Assembly (NCBI GenBank): GCA_036172245.1
Contig: JAYWIR010000037.1
Coordinates: 620,001-684,000, forward strand
Direction: 5' to 3'
Length of the DNA stretch: 64,000 nucleotides
Source of the DNA: Raillietiella orientalis
Taxonomy: Eukaryota
The notes under the pieces are model-generated. The model made no database searches, was not told where the DNA came from, and worked only from the letters and a program-made list of their open reading frames with translations. This document shows positions 13,801-25,244 of the stretch, one piece after another. The first letter of the stretch is position 1. Every line of letters begins with the position of its first letter. The position numbers and the translations under genes were made by a program.

Positions 13801-16800
13801 CGGTCCAGTCGAAAGGATGGGACAAGACGCTCGCCGACAATTTCCATTCCGTACGATGGGGCGCGCTCTCGTACACAAAATGAACTGCGAAACGAGTCAC
13901 ATCGATGACCTTCCCAGTCGAAATCGCACGTAGCAATTTCGAAATGATGAACACACCCTACGTGTCTCCAAAGCACAACGAGAAACGGGAATTAGTACCA
14001 ACACGGTACCAGAAGAATAGTATAGAAGGATTCATTTTGAAGTGAAGATGGTATGCGAGAAGTAAAACTCGAAACCACAACGCCACAATGACAGGAACGT
14101 ACTCTTATTGCAACGCATATTTGAAAACGGAAGGGGAAAGGAGGAAGAGGAACGGGTTAGAATGAAAACCAAGACACAAATCTAGAACACGCAATCCCGA
14201 CTTTTCTAGGCTACTGTGCCTAGAAATAGAACTATTTGTGAATGCATAAATGAAGAGGAAGAACAGCAAGTGCAAGTTCGTGCGAAATTTGAAAACCAAA
14301 CACAACGAATCAAAAGAAATCAAGAGACCGAAACTCCAATCTCGAAAAGACCTCGTCATGTTCCTGTTCTAGATATGCAGAAACGTCATCAATCAGTAGA
14401 AACCAGCGCGTAAACAATTATGTCTTTTCACCAAGGTCTCAAAACGAAAATCAGCAATCAGTAATTACGCGTTACTTCTCTCTGAGAAATCGTCGGATGT
14501 TATAATAGAAACCCACATAATGTAGTTCGAGATTGAAAGCTCTTGACATTCTATGATCTGAACCGAAATGTGCTTCAAGATGTGAAAATAGAGAAACTCG
14601 TCTAAAAACAGAGATCATGCATTAGCAGCACAAGAACTTTTTTACCCAAGGAAGTCCACAGCAGGTTGCCATGACAAAACAGAGTCGAGACGGTTGAGAC
14701 CCAGGAGTCACATTACTATGACTCAACGGGCTTCAACGGCTATGAATGAACGAGCAGTTTTAACACATATAAGGTGGACTTCCTTGTAGGTTACAAAGTT
14801 CCGGTCAAATTTCTAAACGATGCTGCAAACTTGGAACTTGACGATTGGGATACCTAAATTCATCCGTCATACCCTGTCAGAAAAATCAAGTTTTCATATT
14901 ACCGAGATGTGTACTGATAATAACAGGATTTAATCCACCGTGATGTGTATACTTAAAGAGCAGAATTTTTGATAAATATGGTTTTGATACCTTGCTCTCC
15001 CAAATCTAATGAAAGTGACTACTCAAGCTACAAATAGGATCGGAATAAGATAGGGCACACACTTCAAGTGTTTAAAAACATGCACTTGTGACTTCCTGAG
15101 AAACTATGGAATCCTCTTTACTTTTACGACAGTACAATTGGGTACACAATTAAAAACACGGAAAGCAAATTACGAGCAAACACGAAATGGTGTTGCCAAT
15201 AATTTGCCTTCCTGGAATATCAAGTCTGTGAACCAAAATGAACGAAGGCAATCTCCAGTCATCGAACTTGGGAATTTGAAACTAGAGTTGCCCTAATCAA
15301 CTTGTCACTAATGCGAACATAATGTAAATAAAACAATTGTGTTAAAACAAAAAAAAAAAAAAAAGTCATTTATTTCCTTTGAACCTTTCTTGAATTTCAT
15401 TATTCCAAACACTTGTGTACAGAAACTTCGTCCTCCAATGAAGACACTGCGCCCTTGCCACAAATAATTTACTACCGAGCCACCGCTTGATCAACACGGT
15501 AATATATTCATAATTCTCTCAGAATTTGCGTTCTCTTGGTAGCTCTGATAAATCGTTTCCTGGAATATGTTATGGTACCACCAACTACGACTTGGAATAA
15601 CACAGCAATGCCCAACTTGCAACAACACTTCCAGGAGAGATCACGAATAAGAGTCTCATAATTCAACAGCGGATAAAAAAAATTAGCTTTGCGGATTACA
15701 TCTTGTTCTGATTTCATGGGATGCGATCTTCACGGTTCTAAACAACGTCATCATGCACCGCGAAAAAAACAATACTGAAGGCAGAAAAGACACAAACATT
15801 TTAATGACACTCCAAAACTGTGGCTGCTATGGACCTCGTTCGAGTTTCGTGTTCACGAAAGAGTTGAGCCGTATAAGATCCCGCGTTTGTGCAAAGACAT
15901 ACGTAATTCGAGTTCCATAAACTGGCCACGTGCTAAAACGATATTTGCAATTGCAAATATCTTCTTCTGGACACATTAAGGAGAGGAAAAGATTTACTCT
16001 CACTTTGCAAACGAAACTGGGCACGAAAATACGATTCAAAGGCAGTACAAACCAAAAAAAAAAAAAAAAAAAAAAAAAAAGAAGCACAAATCTCAGCTAT
16101 GAGTAATTCAAACTTATTAGCCACATTGCAATGTTTAAAACATGGATCTAAAATGATGAAAGACGAAGAATTTTTGAGGGTAAAATTTAACACTTCTTAC
16201 GTAATGAGCCGTAAAGATCATCGAGCTCAACCGACTAACCGATGCACCAACTCAAAACAAAACGAAACAACTAACTAAAGAACATGCTTCCATTTTGTTA
16301 AAGATTTTTTTGATCTAGCAGATAACAGTTTTCAAGCATGATGCCTTCATCAGACAGAGATCAGCAAAAAGGATGCCTAATGTAAAATCAAATAAAATCT
16401 TCATAGTATGACCAATCGGTGATCAGATCTAACTAAACGGTTCCCGACACCAAGAAGCCCTCGGGCGAAGAGTATTCTGCCAATGTACTTCTGAAAACTT
16501 CATGCACAAAATCTAACGCTGAATACGTCCTCTCATATCTAAAATCAGAAATTAGGATCTATTCAAGCTTCCATTTCTCTTTGCGTGCTTTTGGCTGAGC
16601 TCGAAAGAAACTTTGCAAAAGATGCAACGCTCTTTCTTGTCTTGAATTCACACACCATCAGTCGACCTCACGTAATATGGCTTTAAACAGAAATAGTTCC
16701 AAGAGCATACATCTTTGCGGTTGCAAAGATGACTTATTTTTTACAGAAATTGCAGATGCATTAAAATGATAGCAAAATCAAATCCTTCCTTTTTAGAGCT

Positions 16801-17106
16801 GTAAGTGTTGCTTCCAGACGAGTACCGAAGAAAAGTTTTTCCAGGGCAATGAATGAATAATGCTACGTCACGTATAACACTTGTTATTTTTTTTTATTTC
16901 TAACCGTTAGTTGATGTTTTAGAGTTCTGCACGTATGTGCAGTCTGAACGGTTAAAATCAAACCACTTAGAGGAGGATACCGAATGAAAGGCGCTAACCT
17001 AAAGTCCTAAGTAAGCATCCATTATTATAGAAAAGAAACCAACTTACGTGGATAAGGAATGGTAGTTCTCTGGAATGTATTGTACCGAGCTTACATGTGT
17101 GGGCTT

Positions 17107-17144
<38 letters not shown>

Positions 17145-20100
17145 AAAGGAAAAACTTCGTAAAAATGCTAAATCTGACCATGAAATTCAAATGAATCAAA
17201 AAACAAAACGAAAGCGATTCCGATAAAGAAATGGCTCTGTGGCTATACGCAGCAAAGATAAAATTCACAGGAAAAAAAAGGGTACGATTTGTTAAAAACA
17301 AACAGACCACAGATTGCAAAAACAAAATTTTGCAGTCTGAGTGTAGGCAACTGCTATATCCAATAAACGTTCCGTCATCGGAACAAATTTTTGGGTGCTC
17401 TTATCCAACCATTTTATAACATCGGCGGGATGGAAGCCAGTGACATCATGAAGAGATTAACTTTCATTTCAAAACTCATTCAGGAAAATCCGTTTCCTTG
17501 TAAAAGTTTTTAAGCACATTTCGAACGTGAGATTCCATCACTTGTTTATCAAGGTCGCGCATTCGTACTGCACAACTCCCGTACCAATTACGTTGAACGA
17601 AAGTTTGTATGATGATCAAATGATCTACTAAGTATGCATCGAGAACGTCCTGGAAATTTAAATAATGCAAAACATTTCGAAGGTAATAGCGAGAAAAATA
17701 TGACACAAGGCATCCAAAACACATCCACTCTGGCTGTTTTCATACATTAGGTGCGCATTTAATATTCTGAGATGGTATAGGAGTATTTACCTTTTTTTCA
17801 AAAATTTTTGCTTTCCGTTCTCTCTGGATCCCATGCAACTGCTCCTCGTAATCAACTGATCTTTTAGCAAACACTTCTGTCTGAAAAAATGGTTGTTTAC
17901 AACAAAGAATCCCAAAGCAATACAACCAAATTTCATATTTCTCACTCCATTCACTTGAAACGCTTTCGTAAATAGACAAAATAATAAGCAACGACTATCA
18001 GTAACTAACTTATCTGCTCTTATATCTGCAAATAATGAAGATTTTGAGATCAAATAATGCAATCAGAAAACAGAGAAACTGGAAAAAAAATTACCGAGAC
18101 CTTGCATACTTCGTAATGTCAAAAATATAGTAAATGTGGTAATTTTGAGGTTGAGCTGATAAAAAAAAAAAGGCATTGCATTTTCGTCGCAATTGTGCTT
18201 CGTTGCATAAAAATGGCACTAATTTGAATTTTCTCCCCTTAGTTCTGTATTTTTGCTCATATACTTTGAAATAATTACATTTTCGCCAAGGTGAATGTTT
18301 CAGGTTGTCTCAGTATGTTTCGAGTTTACCTTTTGTGAAACCATTACTCAGATTCTGATAAAAATTAGGCATTCATTTCATTTTCACTTTTAAATTTCGT
18401 GAATGTTGCTCATGTGATAACCGCAGGTAGCCATAAATCATCAGAGATTAAAAGACATTCTATCATAAATAGATTAAAAACTCTATTAACTTAACGTGTT
18501 GCAAGCACTAGCAAAGGTACAACTTCTAATATATACTTTATGCACAGACATACCCATGGTTATGAAATCATTAAAAAATGTAACAGCTCTTAAAGTAATG
18601 TATAACCAACTGCACGATTATCGATGTGATAAATGAAAGAGCCAAGGAATGCAGTTATTGAGAATTATATACTTTCAAACTCTAAGAGCTCAATCAAGAA
18701 AAACAATAGCCTGTAATATTCAACACTATGATAGCAATTCAGATTCAACACAGAAAAAGAATGCATACATTCCTGCACATGAATCAAAACTTTGAATGAA
18801 ATGGCACTTCACACAAATTTCTTTACGTTTTTTTCTCTCAAAAAAAAGTGTGCTTATACTGTGTAATTCAGTGTATTCACAAAGAGAAAAATCATCAAGT
18901 GTGTTCATTGATTGTAATTACTATCTTTTCTGCCTCGATATCACTATTTTAAGAAAATTCTGAAATCAATTACACAGGATTTCCTAGCAGCTCATTCCAT
19001 CCCAAACTCAAACACATATTGTACAATATCTAGCAATTTACGTAACTGTTTACGCACAATCATTTCTTGTGTTCACATCAAACATACTAATAGCAGCCTT
19101 AAAAAACAAAAGTGTGTTTGAAATGGAAATCCATGGATTGGTATATGTTGAGTTCTAATTGCAAGCCCTTAAACTATTGTAAAAATCTTACACTCAAACC
19201 TTTTATCATCAATGGTAATCACCATTGATGATAAAAGGTTTGAGTGTATTGTAAACTGATGCCCAAACAGTGAATTAATCACAAATCAATATATAAAACA
19301 ACTGCAAATAACAACAACTGACAATGAAAAAGGCTGTAGATAATGTACATTTTTTTTTAAAAAAAGTGCAAATCAAAAATTCTTAAATGTCTCAAAACAT
19401 TCTTTCACTTTAAATCATGGAAAGCAAGAGGTGAAAAACTTAACATCTATGTAAGTTAATGTAACCATTTTTATCAAATAACTGATCATTTTAATTGAAT
19501 GCCGAAATTTCATTGGTTGAATTTTTTCCCCTTTCATTACCTTTTCTTTTTGTTGTTGAAGTAAGGTTTCTAATTCTTTAAGACGTTCAAGCAAATGAGA
19601 AAGTGATCCATACTCTATAAAGTATAATGTAAAACAAAATCAACAAAAGCAACAAATAATCAACAACAGTAAGTAGCAACAAAAATCAAACAATAAACAA
19701 TAAAAATTCAAAAATTGATGACAACTTTACCTAAACATAATAAAAATAAGGTAATTTCTATGTAAACATTAGTTTTTCACAATAAGATTGGCACTTAAAA
19801 ACAGTGAAAGTCTAAAATTAAATAAATACTATTACAATAATAATAAACACTATTAAGTAATAAAGAAACTATTCTTTTGCTGAGTTGTCTATTTCATCCT
19901 TAAACGTTGAATATTTGCAAAATTTCATGTTCAATCCAAGACACTACTTTGTGTTGAGTTAGTGCATCACTTTTAATTGATGTTATAAGAATGACTGTCA
20001 AACATAAAAAAACTACAGCATTAGTACGATAAATGAGAAGCAATTACAATTAAAACCAAAGCATTTCAAAATAAATCAATTATTTCTGCATATAAAAGTA

Positions 20101-21371
20101 AATTTATAATGAGTTCATTTTCATGTTTCTAAGTCTCTACTCATTTAAATATTCAGCTGAACTCTAAACCATCCTTTAAAGAAACTAAAACACATAAATT
20201 AGTTTGCAGATAAACATTAGAAGTTGCAAATTAAAAACATTAAAAACAAGTACAAATAATAAGCAGCCAAGCTTGCAACAAGGCTCTCTAAATCTACATG
20301 TAAACACTTCCTTGATGCTACAGTTACTAATCATTACTCTATGCATTATGAAGTCTTAAAATACAAAGAATTTTTCCACAAAGCTCTTCTGAGAAGAGAC
20401 CAGAATAATTTTGAACATTCAATTATACTTTACAGAAAGTTTCTTAGAAACAACTTTTTGTACATTTTACTTGATTTAAGAAATGACAACTGCAAGCAAC
20501 CTTCAACACAAGTAACTTCAAACATATATAAATGAATTTAATGAGCATACATTTGTGTTTCTGTCCTTGCTTGAGCACTCTTCTAAAATACTAAGGAGAG
20601 AAGCCACAAAAACACAAATACAATTTCATAATTACACACATATGTTCTTAACAGTTATCAGAAGCATGCTAAATGATGCACAACAATACGGAATTGGTTT
20701 CTCAGAAAATTAAATATGTATCAGTTAAATTACTAAAAGTAGAAACATTAAACATGAATATTCTGAATATAATTCCCTGTAACAAAGATTCATGGAGTCA
20801 TAATGCATACCTGGAATGGTGAAGCATCTTAACTTTTGCAAGACATGAACTTTGAAAAGACAATAATAATAATAATAACAAATTTAGAAAACACTTGAAA
20901 TTATCACAATTGCAAAATAAAAACAAGCATTTCAGCACCCTTTTTTATCTTTTTCAAAACTAAATCCAAACTTTTGAAATTTGCTCTAATACATGCACTA
21001 CTACTAGTTATTCTGTAGGAATACAAATAAATGATTCGACACGAGTTGGAGAATACCTGCCCTTATAAAGGCAATAACTATTTTCAAACTGACAACAATT
21101 CCATAATAAGGAGGCCTCATATCTTTCAATCAAGTTTGGGGCTGTATGCACACATTATTACAAGGATACAATGATGCACAACAAATACAGCGAACCTTTA
21201 TGGTTGACAGAATTATAGGAAATCTTAATCCTTCTTTAAAATTTCCAAGTAAATTCCAAATATCTTACCACTTCCATCGACTGCACCATCCCTTTGAACA
21301 TCTTTGGCAAAATTACTTATATTTCTTAGCTCTCGCTTCAGAGATGAGAAACTACCTCCAATCCATGACAT
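13..21371 (-). CDS. TRIP11: GMAP-210/TRIP11-like cis-Golgi golgin (3'-partial, continues off the left edge)
   Basis: First coding exon 21371-21269 reads MSWIGGSFSSLKRELRNISNFAKDV, resembling the GMAP-210 N-terminal motif. Coiled-coil exons are 2397-2271, 2219-553, 502(or 508)-327 and 280-13, containing LKLDVDRLKAHLLEVNSSYEEQ and CLSNLQSVLDHFHR, which match the TRIP11 C-terminal coiled-coil blocks. Phase-consistent internal exons lie at 6798-6696 and 6610-6573. Further small exons between 6.8 and 21.2 kb are required by phase but are ambiguous. Confidence 0.8.
3200..17150. repeat. Simple-repeat and homopolymer-rich domain inside GMAP-210 introns
   Basis: Dozens of A/T runs of 10-26 nt, G/C runs (e.g. 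G16 at 10222-10237), (CA)21 at 7839-7880, (GA)11 at 7521-7542, (ATA)9 at 6253-6279 and (TTG)9 at 10994-11020. Confidence 0.9.
19189..19248. repeat. Perfect 28-bp inverted repeat, 4-nt loop
   Basis: TACACTCAAACCTTTTATCATCAATGGT-aatc-ACCATTGATGATAAAAGGTTTGAGTGTA. Confidence 0.95.
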
Positions 21372-22260
21372 ATCTACACATATATTCCTACATATTCTGC
21401 TATTCAGTTATATCACATATTACAGTTGCCAACAAATTCATGAAAGAATTTCGGCTATCGTGAAAACGAAATTGAACTCATCATCATTGAGCGCCCTAAA
21501 AGTATGTGAGGTAGGAATCAAAGCAAAATTCAAGGGAAGATCATCAATGTAAGAGTTTGAAATAATGGAAAAACTGTACGAAACTGCGAAGGACAGTTTC
21601 CTGTAAAATTCATAGATTCCTGTAGTACCCTGTTTTGAAGGGATAACTTGCGATATTCTTTTGACGATGCTCGGACAGATGGTTAGTGTACAAAGCAATT
21701 GCTCTAATTTCTAATTATAAGTGTTTTTCTGTATTAAGATGAATGAGTACTCTTTATTGCTTGGAGCACTTTCAGTGAGAAAAAAGCAAAGATTCACGGA
21801 GAAGGCATCCCAGGCCTCCGTGATTCAAGACGAATCGTTACATAGGTATGCACATTCCCTGTACTGTCGTCTTCTCAAAAAAGGGATACTTTCTGTTTGC
21901 ACTGCCTTGCTAACGCCCCCTATTGTTGCAGCGAGAATGGGATACTCATAAACACCCGAATACCCCCCTAAAATACTCGTGTAAAATGTGACATACGCAA
22001 CGAAGAAAGAAAAGCCTATCAGACTAATGAACCTATCAAAAGAGAATTCCCTGATCGTAAAGAAAGGCTTCTCCTGAAAGTTTACGCCGTTCCCCCTTTT
22101 TTTTTTTCCTTCTTTCTACTGATCTTTCTTAAAATGCTTTGATTTTCTCGATGTGCACAAGAAGTTTCTTTGCAAAGTCCATCTCCACGTAAAGAACACT
22201 TACGAATAGATGCACATTCACATTCCTCAGAACCTGATATGATTCAAAAAAACCATATGG

Positions 22261-22345
22261 ATGAATAAACGACCTTTGAGTATTTATTTCACAATTGATG
22301 GTGACTCTTCTGATAAGATTCAAGGAGCCACTAAAGCCTTCTACC
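22261..22345 (+). mobile_element. Possible degenerate RTE-type LINE reverse-transcriptase fragment
   Basis: LSIYFTIDGDSSDKIQGATKAFYQK loosely resembles the YLGSxITxDGxSxxEIxxRIxxAxxAF block downstream of the RT core in RTE-like LINEs. The match is short and weak. Confidence 0.25.
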
Positions 22346-23087
22346 AGAAAGATTTCCTAGATATCAGAAATTTAGAGAAGGCGAAAAGATGGGAGAAACA
22401 TGCATCTCCTTGCTGTCCAAAGAAATCAGCACTCAAAAAAGTTTTCATTAGAAGAAAACTTCTACTTCATTTATAGTAGTCGGATTTACAAGATTTTCAT
22501 TGCAATCATCGATTCGTTTCCCATCTGAGTTACTAATGTGACTTCACACGCTAACAACTTACGGCATAAGAGTTACAGTGTCCACACGTTTGATTTACTA
22601 ATTAAAGATTTTCAATGTCAGTAAGCTGTATTTCGTGAATGACGTGTGACTTTCGATTGCATGACTGACTAGGCATATGAAGACCTAGAAAACCGAAATT
22701 GGTATTTATAAATAGGCTCCACATAATAATCTTTCCGATCACATAATGAAGTCAATTTTGTCTGCATAGTCTTGCGATGACGGACCTCCCCTCTAATTAG
22801 TAGAATCCCAGAAACCAAAAGATCATTGTAGCACATCATAAAGTACAAAGATGGACGGTTTTCATCGTAGCTTGGATTTTTTCTTAAGGCATTAAAGAAA
22901 CCATAGACTCTGGTGTTTCCCGCTTGTCCCGATAACATTATAAAAGTACTGTTGGGTTTTAGGAGCACTTCACCAATTTGCAATCACTCTTTCTTTTGTT
23001 TGTGATGTCCAGTTGTATTCGCATTGTTTCACAACAAGCACTTCCAACAACGAAACGAGATGAGTGTAGAATTGAAATAATACTCAG

Positions 23088-23144
23088 TAATAAAGTGACG
23101 AGGTATGAGACCCAGTCATGGTCTCATACCTCGTCACTTTATTA
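23088..23144. repeat. Perfect 25-bp inverted repeat, 7-nt loop
   Basis: TAATAAAGTGACGAGGTATGAGACC-cagtcat-GGTCTCATACCTCGTCACTTTATTA. Confidence 0.95.
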
Positions 23145-25244
23145 TGGAAAGATTAGAGTCTAGTTTTTTTTTTGATAGATTTTAGTTTCGAAAACAGCTT
23201 TAACAAGCTCAGCATTAACTGTGACTGAAATTTCCATTCATTTCGTCACTAAAAAGAATCCTACTACTATTAGCCAACAATATTTTTGCTAAAAACAAGA
23301 TGAACCATCGAATTAAACTTTTATATATAAGAAAAATGAATTTTGAGTTATTCAAGACATTGTTCTGAGTTCCCTTTAAAGAATTTTTGCATTGAGTGAC
23401 AGACAAAAAAGACGAGGCTTGAAAAAAGTTTCTTGTGAATTCATTTTTTTTTTTGGAAAACGGCAACAGGATTTTTTTGTCTGAAAAACCGCAAATTGGA
23501 CAACAGGATAAGTTTCAAAATTGCAAGTTAGGGACTGAGAACTGCGCACTTATCATTTTAAAAGCCAGTTTTATAACGCCCTTGTATTTGAAATTGCAGG
23601 ATCAGTTACGGAAGGATAGAGAATTGGGTCTCTTAAAAGATTGCTTTAGGATGTCGTTGCACCAAAATTTTAATAGAAGTTTCAAAGTCCTTGCAATGAG
23701 TAATCATATTACATGTTATTTGTGGCACGAGCATGTAACTCTGGTGATAAAAATCCTTCACCTAGAGCATCAAAAATTTCCAACTCTAATTATGCAAACA
23801 GAATCCCTGATCCAAAGGTAACGCGGAACTGCAAATAAGCCATAACTTGCTTGCCATTTAGTTAATTTAGCATATGTCCGTGGAAATAGAATTCATAAAT
23901 TTTTAGGAATGAATGAAAATGAATTCCATCCGATCCTAAATGAATGAATTTAGGATTGGATGCAATTCTTTCTTTGTTAATTTTCTTGTTAATACTCAGC
24001 AGTTAATGAAACAAGCTTTCCCATATTCCTTTCTGACGTCTTTTTGGAATGATGACTATAAGGAGCGAATTTTTTTTAGGAATACTATTTCATTCTTAAT
24101 TAAAACCATTTTCAGCATTATTTCAACCTTGCTCTTCAAAGTTCAAGCTAATGCATTAAATTGTAGAATATCAATTAATTGAATACATCAGGGAGTGCTC
24201 TGCGGCTTCGAAACATGATATTAGAGTTCGTCATGGGGTTTATATTCAGATTTACGATACTGTGTCATAAAATTGCAATCAGCTGTGTAAAAAAGCAAGT
24301 TTTCAATCGTTGTATACTCTAGCCGGCACTATGAATATTTCACTTGATTTATTTTTGGAACTCTTTTTTATAGATTTCTATCCTTGCTCATTTATACACT
24401 CGACAACCTCAAGAATTCCTGAAAAATTTATGGACACATGACTGTTCTGAGGATCTCAGTTTCTTGCTTATATACTGAGTATTTTAATCTTTTCAGCATT
24501 ACGACTTATGCAAAATTTCTTTTGATTTTTCAAATTGTTGCAAAGTGATTTTTTTTTATGATGTGAACTGAATAGGGGATCATTAGGATGACAGAAATCA
24601 AATTGATGTTATCGTTCAATTGCAACAACACACTTTCCATGTGTAAGCTAATGGGTTTGCTTGTTGTTCTTTGCATCCTGCTGCCTCCATAAATCTCAAA
24701 ATAAAAATCCATACAAATCACATTTAAAGAACCTCATGATACAATCTCACGCTTAATTGAACTCGAACAAGAAGTACACTAAAGTGTTTCATAACATTTC
24801 CTTCTAATGAATATGTTTTCTAGTTGTTTTTCAGCTACATGAATATCCTCGCTTGTTCTTAGTATTCTGATGCACGTCGGTCAAAAACGCTATAAAGAAC
24901 AAATATCATACACCTATGAAGAGGTTGTCTTTTTCTTTGTCCAAATTATCAATTTGTTGATTGTTGCCTTGATTGCTTTCACTATATTTTAAAATGTATT
25001 TTTTTCCTGGAGTTAATGATACCAGTAAGGAAATGTATCGATATGAAATCATTACAGTGAGGGCATATTCGGAAGTCTCCTCGATTTCAAACTGTTTCCA
25101 AGTGCTCACGGTATCGAAGAATACGAACCTTGAATTCTGAGACTTCGGATCTATGCCTAAGAGGGGAAATCAGTCGCAAAATGAAGCATGTTGTAATCTT
25201 CCTACTAGTCATTTTCCTATCGAAATCCAGTTACAGGATCAAGC

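Noticed and set aside
3084..17325. Many 60-185 aa ORFs in the track (poly-F, poly-K, VCVC)
   Set aside because: These are translations of homopolymers and microsatellites with no recognisable domain.
19729..19732. AG|GTAAAG possible recursive splice site on the - strand in a long GMAP-210 intron
   Set aside because: The donor is imperfect and the context AT-rich, so chance occurrence is likely without junction data.
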